The notes under the pieces were generated by a model. The model saw only the letters and a list, made by a program, of their open reading frames with translations, did no database searches and was not told the DNA's origin. This document shows, one piece after another, positions 38,727-47,111 of a stretch of DNA of 64,000 bases. The translations under genes were made by a program, and so were the position numbers. The stretch's first letter is position 1. Every line of letters begins with the position of its first letter. Source of the DNA: Escherichia phage vB_Eco_F26; sequence record OP870145.1, one strand, 5' to 3'.

Positions 38727-39290
38727 TTATTTATCTAGTTTAGTTATTATAGCTTCTACGGCAGCTTTTAGCTTAGATGCGGTGTTAATACGATTTTTAA
38801 TTTCAGTATACGCATCGCCAAGAACATCAAGGCTATCAGAATAAACACTTACACTATTGCGTTCGCTATTTGAAATAGAACCTTTAGTTTTACGATCAAA
38901 ATCGGTGTACACGTCTTGAAGATCACGCGCTGCCTTCTTTGCATCATCCAATGCATCAAGAGCTTTATTCAAAGCATTAACGTATTTTTTAGTGTCGAAC
39001 ATATTCTTAGAAATTTTAGCAGGTGCACGTTCAGGAGTAGCTAATACAGATTTAGGAACCTGAGCGCCAGATGCCAATTTCTTAGAAATTTTGAAAAACG
39101 CTTTATTGAATTTATTTTCTTGACTCATCGTAAAAGAACTATTATCGATGTTGTACATTTCAATAGCTTTAGCTTTCCACTTAAGAAAATCGCCGCGGTC
39201 TTTTGGGTCCAAGTGGAAAAATACTTTAGTAAGATCTGCTTCAGATGGTAATTTTGCTGCTTCGGTTAAAAATTCGGCATAGGTTTTCAT
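38727..39290 (-). CDS. Internal-protein (IP)-like capsid-injected protein
   Basis: 187 aa; N-terminus MKTYAEFLTEA matches the IP capsid-targeting consensus. Confidence 0.65.
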   Translation of the reverse strand: MKTYAEFLTEAAKLPSEADLTKVFFHLDPKDRGDFLKWKAKAIEMYNIDNSSFTMSQENKFNKAFFKISKKLASGAQVPKSVLATPERAPAKISKNMFDTKKYVNALNKALDALDDAKKAARDLQDVYTDFDRKTKGSISNSERNSVSVYSDSLDVLGDAYTEIKNRINTASKLKAAVEAIITKLDK

Positions 39291-39385
39291 TTAAAATCCT
39301 TGAAATAATTTATCGGTTGGTTATTAATTATTTATTACTTTGTTATTATCCGTAACAGCATTCTCTATGTGATTCAAACTAAAAA

Positions 39386-39405
39386 CCCCAACCTTTCGGT
39401 CGGGG
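39386..39405 (-). terminator. Rho-independent terminator (CCCCGACC-GAAA-GGTTGGGG followed by T-run on minus strand)
   Basis: 8-bp stem, GAAA tetraloop, TTTTT. Confidence 0.6.
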
Positions 39406-39414
39406 CTAAGAATG

Positions 39415-39887
39415 TTATTTGATTTGTTTAGCAGACCAAATGCGGTCTTTGATGATTTTTTGAATGTCTTCAACATACTCAAGAGAGTGAACATGTGGAT
39501 TATCTTTGAAACTATAAGCACGGGCTAACTTTTGGCCTTCGGTTTTGATTACTAAAAGCTCTTTAAGGATAGCTTCATATTTAGCGATAATTCCTTTAAC
39601 GATATTTTTTCTTGTGCAGCTTTAGGATCTGCTTTAGGAGCAGGTTTACCCGAAGCCTTTGCAAAAGCAGCACCAGTAGCAACTAAACTTTTCCAGGCCA
39701 TACTAACCGCATTTCCTGTAAATCCTTCTGCTTTCATGTCGCGAGCAAACTGGAATCGTGATTCGTCAGAAGCATCTTTATAGGAATATTTACCCGCTGC
39801 AATGGCTGCTTTTGCGACAGCTTGAATTTCGGTGCTAGATGCTTCATTTAACACCGCTTCATTTAAAAATTGAGCATATGATTTCAT
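39415..39887 (-). pseudogene. IP-like gene disrupted by a frameshift at a homopolymer (or sequencing error)
   Basis: Frame 1 (MKSYAQFLNEA..., capsid-targeting-like) stops at 39552; a +2 frame continues from the T6 run at 39605-39610 to a stop at 39415 right before the terminator; restoring one base would give a ~157-aa protein. Confidence 0.5.
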
Positions 39888-39927
39888 CTTATTTCCTGTT
39901 TTAATTCGTGGATTTAATATACTACTA

Positions 39928-39935
39928 TATTTATA
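39928..39935 (-). promoter_or_regulatory. Late promoter TATAAATA
   Basis: Exact TATAAATA on minus strand ~40 nt upstream of the IP-like gene start. Confidence 0.55.
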
Positions 39936-39943
39936 CTAAAAAG

Positions 39944-39963
39944 CCCCAACCTTTCGGTCGGGG
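39944..39963 (-). terminator. Rho-independent terminator (second copy of the CCCCGACC-GAAA-GGTTGGGG hairpin + T-run)
   Basis: Near-identical to 39386-39405; ends the tRNA/ncRNA transcription unit. Confidence 0.6.
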
Positions 39964-39970
39964 CTAAGCC

Positions 39971-40270
39971 TTGCGGCAACCTTGTCGGGGTTCCACCTGC
40001 TAAGGCAAGTGTTTGTACGAAACGCCGGGATTCGAACCCGGTTATTAAGCAGTTGACGCTACTTAATATTTTTAAAAGGCCATATCTCGACCATATCCGA
40101 ACGTTCCGTCAAAAACGCTACTCGGCTTACGGCAAAGATATTTCCTCGAATCGATAATTCGGTGCGCCGTTTCTGCTGTGATGTAAGAGGGCATCAACAA
40201 ATCATAAAGATTTATTAACACAATTCCTTACCCAGGGAACATCAGTCCGACGACTTACCGGTAGCGACCC
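39971..40270 (-). ncRNA. ORF-free structured region with tRNA-like elements (candidate small stable RNAs, analogous to T4 tRNA-cluster species RNAs)
   Basis: ~300 nt without ORF; T-arm-like CCGGGTTCGAATCCCGG with a pairing acceptor-like stem; bounded by terminator. Confidence 0.4.
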
Positions 40271-40276
40271 GGTTTC

Positions 40277-40627
40277 TTAATATTCTTTTAAAGCATCAAT
40301 CTGTTCACGACGTTTACGCCATAAATCAATTGCTTCATACGCAGATTCAGCATTTCGAATTGGACGGCATTTATATAAAGACTTGTGATTTTGATATTGC
40401 GTAGATAACGGAATTTTATCTAAAAGGTCTTTACGTTCAAAGTATTCGTAACCATCTAAGCCAAATGAACGATTTTTGAGAAATTGCCAATGACCGTATT
40501 CGTTTTCGACATAAACATAATCTGCGTGCTGATAAAGCAAATTAATTACACGTTCAGAAATAACAGTGTCATTATGATTAAAATAGAATGTTAAATCATG
40601 AACTACTAAATAAACATTACCTTTCAT
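40277..40627 (-). CDS. Hypothetical protein
   Basis: 116-aa ORF between tRNA-Arg and the ncRNA region. Confidence 0.45.
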   Translation of the reverse strand: MKGNVYLVVHDLTFYFNHNDTVISERVINLLYQHADYVYVENEYGHWQFLKNRSFGLDGYEYFERKDLLDKIPLSTQYQNHKSLYKCRPIRNAESAYEAIDLWRKRREQIDALKEY

Positions 40628-40643
40628 ATTTTCCTCACTTAAT

Positions 40644-40719
40644 TGGTCGAGACAGTAGGGATCGAACCTACGACCTAGGACTTAGAAGGTCCTTGCTCTT
40701 CCTTCTGAGCTATGCCCCG
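40644..40719 (-). tRNA. tRNA-Arg (anticodon UCU), CCA encoded
   Basis: Hand-folded cloverleaf: 7-bp acceptor stem, T-loop GGTTCGATCC, anticodon loop CTTCTAA. Confidence 0.8.
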
Positions 40720-40723
40720 TAAT

Positions 40724-40799
40724 TGGGGTGACCGATGGGAGTCGAACCCATGACTACGAGAATCACAATCTCGAGTTCTACCAACTGAACTACGGCCAC
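40724..40799 (-). tRNA. tRNA with anticodon GUG (His-like), C73 discriminator, no encoded G-1; CCA encoded
   Basis: Hand fold: acceptor GTGGCCG/CGGTCAC, anticodon stem CGAGA/TCTCG, loop TTGTGAT. Confidence 0.65.
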
Positions 40800-40913
40800 A
40801 TTAATACCTACTCCAACAATCAAGATGTCTTCACACGAAATTAAGAGAAGAGTGATCAGTTCAACCCCTATAATCGCGTCAAGTAGATATTAATGTGACA
40901 GTTGTCACAAATT

Positions 40914-40988
40914 TGGCGGACGTGATAGGATTCGAACCTATAACCAATCGCTTAACAGGCGATCGCTCTGCCATTGAGCTACACATCC
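40914..40988 (-). tRNA. tRNA-Asn (anticodon GUU), CCA encoded
   Basis: Hand fold: acceptor GGATGTG/CACGTCC, anticodon loop CTGTTAA, G73. Confidence 0.7.
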
Positions 40989-40992
40989 AAAT

Positions 40993-41079
40993 TGGTGGGG
41001 AGTGGTGGAGTCGAACCACCCGAGTCGCAATGACAATGGATTTACAGTCCACACCGCTACCTCTACGGGATAACTCCCC
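40993..41079 (-). tRNA. tRNA-Tyr (anticodon GUA), type II long variable arm, CCA encoded
   Basis: Hand fold: acceptor GGGGAGT/ACTCCCC, anticodon loop CTGTAAA, A73. Confidence 0.7.
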
Positions 41080-41088
41080 AAATTAATT

Positions 41089-41163
41089 TGGTGGCCCTGG
41101 GTGGAATTGAACCACCATCTGGCGATTATGAGTCGCTTGCTTGAACCTTCCAGCTACAGGGCC
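41089..41163 (-). tRNA. tRNA with anticodon CAU (Met, or Ile if C34 is lysidine-modified), CCA encoded
   Basis: Hand fold: acceptor GGCCCTG/CAGGGCC, anticodon loop CTCATAA. Confidence 0.65.
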
Positions 41164-41171
41164 AAATTTTC

Positions 41172-41657
41172 TTATTTTATGTAATATTTATTTAAAAACT
41201 TTCTAGCTTGAGTATGGCTAACATTTATAGCGTTTGCATAATTTTTAATAAAACCTCGTTCATCCATATTAAAATTTTCTAATATTTTTAATCGTCTAGT
41301 TATCTCATCTTGGCTTAAGGTACTTGCATTATTTTTAGAAATTTTTTCTAAGGACTGTGCCGAGTGTTTTCGACCATTAAAATTAAAATTTTTAGATTTT
41401 GGAGGAAATCTATTATTTAGTCTCGCATCTTTTGTATTTTGATTATTAGTTGCGCAATATATGTTATTTAATGAATATGGTCCTTTATCGCCGAAACGGC
41501 ACATGCAGTATTCATGACCCTTTCTTCCACGCTTATCATATTTTCCCGTTGATTTCCACCAATGCAGCCATTCATCAAAAGTTAAATTCCATTCAATGTT
41601 TCTACGTATAGCAGAATTCCGCTGAGAAATATATTTTGCATAATCTTCTTTCATCAC
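41172..41657 (-). CDS. Putative HNH-type homing-endonuclease-like protein embedded in the tRNA cluster
   Basis: 161 aa; HEYCMCRFGDKGPYSLNNIYCATNNQN His/Cys/Asn-rich core; splits the tRNA cluster. Confidence 0.4.
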   Translation of the reverse strand: MMKEDYAKYISQRNSAIRRNIEWNLTFDEWLHWWKSTGKYDKRGRKGHEYCMCRFGDKGPYSLNNIYCATNNQNTKDARLNNRFPPKSKNFNFNGRKHSAQSLEKISKNNASTLSQDEITRRLKILENFNMDERGFIKNYANAINVSHTQARKFLNKYYIK

Positions 41658-41701
41658 AAATTTCTCTACTTATTCAATACACCAAGCTAAATCAGCAAAA
41701 C

Positions 41702-41791
41702 TGGCGGAGGCGATAGGATTTGAACCTATGAGTCGCCGGAGCGACTGCCGGTTTTCAAGACCGATGCATTAAACCACTCTGCCACGCCTCC
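41702..41791 (-). tRNA. tRNA-Ser (anticodon UGA), type II, CCA encoded
   Basis: Hand fold: acceptor GGAGGCG/CGCCTCC, anticodon loop CTTGAAA, long variable arm. Confidence 0.8.
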
Positions 41792-41793
41792 AG

Positions 41794-41867
41794 TCTCCGT
41801 GGCAGGATTTGAACCTACGACATTCTGCTCCCAAAGCAGACGCTCTACCAAACTGAGCTACACGGAG
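41794..41867 (-). tRNA. tRNA-Pro (anticodon UGG), CCA not encoded
   Basis: Hand fold: acceptor CTCCGTG/CACGGAG, anticodon loop TTTGGGA; only 2 nt separate it from tRNA-Ser. Confidence 0.75.
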
Positions 41868-41877
41868 TAAATTAAAT

Positions 41878-41951
<74 letters not shown>

Positions 41952-41956
41952 AAATT

Positions 41957-42043
41957 TGGTGCGAGAAGTGGGACTCGAACCCACAAGGAAATCATTCCGC
42001 AGCATTTTAAGTGCTGTGCCTTTACCAATTTGACCATTCTCGC
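41957..42043 (-). tRNA. tRNA-Leu (anticodon UAA), type II, CCA encoded
   Basis: Hand fold: acceptor GCGAGAA/TTCTCGC, anticodon loop CTTAAAA, long variable arm. Confidence 0.8.
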
Positions 42044-42044
42044 G

Positions 42045-42117
42045 CTGGGAATAAAGGACTCGAACCTTTGCATCTAGCAGTCAAAGTGCTATGCCTTACC
42101 AACTTGGCTAATTCCCA
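42045..42117 (-). tRNA. tRNA-Gln (anticodon UUG), CCA not encoded
   Basis: Hand fold: acceptor TGGGAAT/ATTCCCA, anticodon loop CTTTGAC. Confidence 0.75.
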
Positions 42118-42214
42118 ATTATTAACAAAGGCTCTCAAACAAGAACCCTTGATGATAGAGGGTATTAATCAGTGCGGTATGAGTTAATAATAACAAATAA
42201 TTCTTAAAGCATAT

Positions 42215-42508
42215 TTACCATTTATGATGATACATACTTACGATGCATTCAAGACCTAAAGGATTCTTGAAAATATCATATTCAAGAGGACCTTTTTCTG
42301 TTTCAATAAAGAAATCAAAATTTACTGTATTAAATTTACGGTCTTCCTTTACTAATTTAACTTGAGAAGATGAACGGTCAATGTAAACCTTTTCAACTTC
42401 AAAACACGTTAAAATGCCATAATCATCAATCAAGGCTTTAGCTGCTTCTTGATCATATTTATATCCATTTTCAATGGATGATACTTTAGCATAAAGAATC
42501 ATTATCAA
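42215..42508 (-). CDS. Hypothetical protein
   Basis: 97-aa ORF. Confidence 0.45.
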   Translation of the reverse strand: MIMILYAKVSSIENGYKYDQEAAKALIDDYGILTCFEVEKVYIDRSSSQVKLVKEDRKFNTVNFDFFIETEKGPLEYDIFKNPLGLECIVSMYHHKW

Positions 42509-42687
42509 CCTTTAGAAATTTTATCCATAACGATAGCAATTAAACCAATTAAAAATGCTACTACAAGTGAAAACACATTTTCTGCTGTAGTTAATAATCC
42601 ACATATAAATCCAACAAACATTGAAAAGCTAAATGCAGAAGCAGAAATTGCAATAGCAACATTTCGAATTAATTCACAACGTTTCAT
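42505..42687 (-). CDS. Small predicted membrane protein
   Basis: 60 aa, mostly hydrophobic. Confidence 0.4.
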   Translation of the reverse strand: MKRCELIRNVAIAISASAFSFSMFVGFICGLLTTAENVFSLVVAFLIGLIAIVMDKISKG

Positions 42688-42710
42688 TTTATTCTCCTCG
42701 GTAGTTGATA

Positions 42711-42768
42711 GGGTAATAGTATCACAACTAAAACCCTATGTAAACAACTTTGTGAAATTATTTTAAAT
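42711..42768. repeat. Promoter-containing direct repeat, copy A (flanks IP cassette)
   Basis: ...aatagtatcac...gtaaacaactttgtgaaattattttaaat; 28-bp exact core shared with 43071-43098. Confidence 0.7.
42716..42745 (-). promoter_or_regulatory. Early promoter (-35 GTTTAC / -10 TACTAT)
   Basis: Within repeat shared with 43041-43098. Confidence 0.5.
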
Positions 42769-43015
42769 CTTCTAATCGTTTCTTCATCTTAGAACCATTT
42801 TTAGCGATTTCGCCTGCATCAGAGCATAATGCTAAAAGCGCTTTAACTTTAGTTTGGTCTCCTTTAAAAGATGAAGGATCGACTGCAGCAGCAAGTTCTT
42901 TAATACGAGAGAAAAGACGCTCAGCTTCAGCTAAAGCCATTCCAAGCTTTACTTCCATACCGTGTGAAGATTCAGTGATAGTAGTTTTTGTAGCAAACTC
43001 TTTGAAAGTTTTCAT
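42758..43015 (-). CDS. Internal-protein (IP)-like capsid-injected protein (ipI position)
   Basis: 85 aa; MKTFKEFATKTTITE capsid-targeting-like N-terminus; immediately downstream of 57B as ipI is in T4. Confidence 0.6.
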   Translation of the reverse strand: MKTFKEFATKTTITESSHGMEVKLGMALAEAERLFSRIKELAAAVDPSSFKGDQTKVKALLALCSDAGEIAKNGSKMKKRLEDLK

Positions 43016-43040
43016 TTTATTTTCCTAATTAATTTTGATG

Positions 43041-43784
<744 letters not shown>

Positions 43785-43785
<1 letters not shown>

Positions 43786-44510
43786 TATAGTACCTTTAGT
43801 GTATTTTTAATTTTAGAAAAAAGTTCTTCAAGAGAACCATCGTTTGTAATTACTAAATCGCCATCACGAATTGGCAATCCAGCTTCTGTAATATGTGTAT
43901 CATTGGATTTTTGACCAGGACGAACTACATGAATTACTGTAGCACCCATCGCCCTAGCCGCATCCATTTCATGATCTTGACGAGTATCAGGAACGATATA
44001 ATAATCATAACCTGAGTTAAATTTATCAAGATAATCTAAAGCAAATAATTTTACCCAGTACATGCGATCGAAGTTATTAACAATCAAATCCGTACCTAGG
44101 GCTTGCATCAGACGACGGACTGACCATTGATCTTCAATATTATTTATAACGTCAATAATCTTGTTAAATGCTACGGAATTAACTGATTCTTGTCCTTCGT
44201 CATCAAAAACAAACACACCCTTAATTGGGCTTTTACCATCAAGATAGCAAAATGCTTGTTCCATAATCGTGATTACTTCTGATTTAGTCAGATTTAAATT
44301 AGTCTCACGATCATAGTCAATTCCTTCAAACTCTTTACGAGTTAAGCAAGGATAGTCAGTGTTTGCTGCAAATACGCCCCATGCATAAGCCAATGCATCC
44401 TTAATAGGACCAGCAAGTTGGTATTTAACTGCAGAATAATTGCTCATGATAAAATCAGCAGTAGTATCTTTTCCACTACGCTTTACACCGCTTAAAAAGA
44501 TTAGTTTCAT
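43785..44510 (-). CDS. 1: Deoxynucleoside monophosphate kinase gp1
   Basis: 241 aa from MKLIFLSGVKRSGKDTTADF (P-loop), matching recalled T4 gp1; start moved to the internal Met. Confidence 0.93.
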
Positions 44511-44559
44511 GTGTTTCTCCTCAAATTTAATTAAGATTATAACACACAAAACTGAAGCA

Positions 44560-45087
44560 TTAAACTTCTGCTATAATTTTTCCATCTTTTTCTACTTGAA
44601 AATAGGTGTAAGGAATCGTTGCAGTACATACTAAAGCTGGGTCTGAATCTTCCGTATAGCTAAATTCTACTTCAGATAGGTCAGAAACCCAAGGCTTATA
44701 AAAATTTATTGACATCACGATTTCAGTTTTGCTATTATCTAAAATGTAAAGCGTAATGTACTCAGGACCTGTTTTTTGGGCAGTATTTTCACCTGTAAGA
44801 TAGTTGCTAGTTCCTAGCATCCATTCATACATTCCTATCCACGACTTAAGTTCTTCATCAACTATAAATCTCACAATGAGTGGATCATACTCAAATGTAA
44901 CACCCGGTCGTTGTGCTCGACCTAGTCCAAACGGCCCAGTCACGGTATCAGTAACAGGTATTCTAATTCCTGGAATAGGAACTGACTGAGCATTTAAAGT
45001 AAAAGCAGATGTAGTATTACTGTGTGGTATTGATACTACAAAGTTAGTTGTATTTGCTTGGTTAAAAATTTGTTGCAGAGCTTGCGA
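44560..45087 (-). CDS. 3: Tail completion / sheath-stabiliser protein gp3
   Basis: 176 aa from MSQALQQIFNQANTTNFVV..., matching recalled T4 gp3; start moved to the internal Met. Confidence 0.9.
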   Translation of the reverse strand, partial: SQALQQIFNQANTTNFVVSIPHSNTTSAFTLNAQSVPIPGIRIPVTDTVTGPFGLGRAQRPGVTFEYDPLIVRFIVDEELKSWIGMYEWMLGTSNYLTGENTAQKTGPEYITLYILDNSKTEIVMSINFYKPWVSDLSEVEFSYTEDSDPALVCTATIPYTYFQVEKDGKIIAEV

Positions 45088-45196
45088 CATATATTCCTCA
45101 TAATGCTTTATAATTGTTGGTGGTATAATGGGTCTAAGTCCCTTCCATTCAATTCCATTTAGAACAAACAACAGAAAAGAATGGAAGATAATAGAA

Positions 45197-46021
45197 TTAG
45201 ATATTTGACCAGACTTTGTTTGCAGAGAAACGTTTTCCTTTGGAGTAGAAGCTTTGAAGTGGCATTAACACAACGTTCGCCCAGTCTTTCGGGGCGATTT
45301 CAACAAGGCTACCCATAATATTACCAGGTATATATGCCTTAATCATTTGGTCTGCACCCCTAAATCCTTTCACTTGACTCCAATCAATTTTTAATTTCGT
45401 TTTATTAGTAATAGTAGGTGTATTTGCATATTGCTTTAAAAGCTCTTCTAGAAATTGCTGACGAGCTTTAGGTGGAATATAGTGCAAGTTTAATCCGTAC
45501 ATTAAATTATGCTTACCTAAACCAAGGTAAATTATCAAAGGAAATTTATCCCAGTAAGGAAGAGTTTCCTTGTGTTTAGCATCGTAAGCAAAAGCATATA
45601 TTCGTCCCGGCTGCGGGCGAACAACTTTATGTCCTTTTATCTGCTTAATAGTTTCAGCAAACCACTTTCTGGTTTTATTATTAATTGCTGCACCTTCATT
45701 ACGAATTTTATCACGCAATGTTTGTCTGAATGAATTTATCATAAGCAGTTGTCTTTCTTGCTTATTGAGTTTATTCATTGGTTTTGATTCAAGCTTTTGA
45801 ATCTTTTCAGCCGTTTTAATTCCTGAAGCATATTTTGACATTGCTGAAGTAAACGTAGAGTATTTAATTCCTCTTTCTTCAGCAAATTGCTTTCCTGTCA
45901 TTCCTTTTGCTTTGGCCTTTTTGTATTCAAGACCTATCTGAATCCATTTCTTTTCGTTTAATGATTGCTTAACCTTTGGAACTTGGGGAGTGCTTTCATT
46001 AATTATTTGAAAAATAGCCAT
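45197..46021 (-). CDS. 2: DNA end-protector protein gp2
   Basis: 274 aa, same length as T4 gp2; synteny. Confidence 0.88.
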   Translation of the reverse strand: MAIFQIINESTPQVPKVKQSLNEKKWIQIGLEYKKAKAKGMTGKQFAEERGIKYSTFTSAMSKYASGIKTAEKIQKLESKPMNKLNKQERQLLMINSFRQTLRDKIRNEGAAINNKTRKWFAETIKQIKGHKVVRPQPGRIYAFAYDAKHKETLPYWDKFPLIIYLGLGKHNLMYGLNLHYIPPKARQQFLEELLKQYANTPTITNKTKLKIDWSQVKGFRGADQMIKAYIPGNIMGSLVEIAPKDWANVVLMPLQSFYSKGKRFSANKVWSNI

Positions 46022-46473
46022 TATGCCCCCTTAAAGCCAAGAGCTCGTAATCCATCTTCTGTTAGAATTCTAAATTTTATTCCACGCTTTTCAGCTAAAG
46101 ATTGTGCTGCTTTCCATTTGTCAGTGTTCACAGACCAGGTATAAATTTCATTCATAAATCTTTTCTTCGCTGCAGTTGTTAGATGTGCTGGTTTAACTGG
46201 TGGTTGTGTTTCTTTTTTAGGTTTTATTTCAATAAAAAATTCTTGCCCAGAAGAATCTTTCATCCAAATATCCATGAAGTATCTACGTTTTTTCCCTTCT
46301 GCATTACAAAAATAAGGAATTACTGCTGTTTCACTACCCCATGCAATAATTTCTGGATTTTTATCTAACCATTCAAAAAAGAATTTTTCCCAATTTGATC
46401 TATACGTAATTTTTTTAGGGTCACCTCTATACTTTGATATATTTTTAGGAACCCATTTTCCAGAATATGCCAT
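46021..46473 (-). CDS. 4: Head completion protein gp4
   Basis: 150 aa, same length as T4 gp4; synteny. Confidence 0.88.
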   Translation of the reverse strand: MAYSGKWVPKNISKYRGDPKKITYRSNWEKFFFEWLDKNPEIIAWGSETAVIPYFCNAEGKKRRYFMDIWMKDSSGQEFFIEIKPKKETQPPVKPAHLTTAAKKRFMNEIYTWSVNTDKWKAAQSLAEKRGIKFRILTEDGLRALGFKGA

Positions 46474-46484
46474 TGGATTCTCCT

Positions 46485-46492
46485 TATAAATA
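46485..46492 (+). promoter_or_regulatory. Late promoter TATAAATA upstream of gene 53
   Basis: Exact TATAAATA 29 nt upstream of the ATG, followed by RBS AGGAGGG; lies in the divergent region between gene 4 (minus) and gene 53 (plus). Confidence 0.65.
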
Positions 46493-46520
46493 GATAATAT
46501 ATTTATAAACAGGAGGGCCC

Positions 46521-47111
46521 ATGCTCTTTACATTTTTTGATCCGATTGAATATGCGGCCAAAACGGTGAATAAAAACGCGCCGACTATTCCTATGACAGA
46601 TATTTTTAGAAACTATAAAGACTATTTTAAACGTGCTCTTGCGGGATACCGCTTACGTACTTATTATATCAAAGGTTCACCACGCCCGGAAGAATTAGCA
46701 AATGCTATATATGGAAATCCACAGCTGTATTGGGTTTTATTGATGTGTAATGATAATTATGACCCGTATTATGGATGGATTACTTCACAAGAAGCTGCTT
46801 ATCAAGCATCTATACAAAAATACAAAAACGTAGGTGGAGACCAAATAGTATATCATGTGAATGAGAACGGTGAAAAATTTTATAATTTAATATCATACGA
46901 TGATAATCCATATGTTTGGTATGATAAAGGCGATAAAGCTAGAAAATATCCTCAATATGAAGGAGCACTTGCTGCGGTCGATACGTATGAAGCGGCTGTT
47001 CTTGAAAATGAAAAACTTCGTCAAATAAAAATAATAGCAAAATCAGACATCAATTCATTTATGAACGACCTTATACGTATAATGGAGAAATCTTATGGAA
47101 ATGATAAGTAA
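46521..47111 (+). CDS. 53: Baseplate wedge protein gp53
   Basis: 196 aa, same length as T4 gp53; first gene of the plus-strand baseplate operon. Confidence 0.88.
   Translation: MLFTFFDPIEYAAKTVNKNAPTIPMTDIFRNYKDYFKRALAGYRLRTYYIKGSPRPEELANAIYGNPQLYWVLLMCNDNYDPYYGWITSQEAAYQASIQKYKNVGGDQIVYHVNENGEKFYNLISYDDNPYVWYDKGDKARKYPQYEGALAAVDTYEAAVLENEKLRQIKIIAKSDINSFMNDLIRIMEKSYGNDK

Larger units (their letters stand above)
38114..38813. repeat. Perfect tandem direct duplication, 2 x 350 bp (38114-38463 and 38464-38813)
   Basis: All compared blocks identical at a 350-bp offset; unit holds an ORF start, an early-promoter module and the last ~29 codons of the upstream IP-like gene. Confidence 0.9.

Noticed and set aside
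39324-39521. 65-aa ORF downstream of the IP-like gene
   Set aside because: It reads straight through the terminator hairpin in a frame different from the terminator-abutting frame; the real coding frame is the +2 continuation of the frameshifted IP-like gene.
40724-40799. Confident naming of the GUG-anticodon tRNA as tRNA-His
   Set aside because: The anticodon and C73 fit His, but the essential G-1 is not encoded (position -1 is T), so the identity is reported only as His-like.
40895-41086. Plus-strand ORF overlapping tRNA-Asn and tRNA-Tyr; also 41858-42073 (-) and 41877-42077 (+)
   Set aside because: They run through hand-folded tRNA genes in a region with no coding signals.
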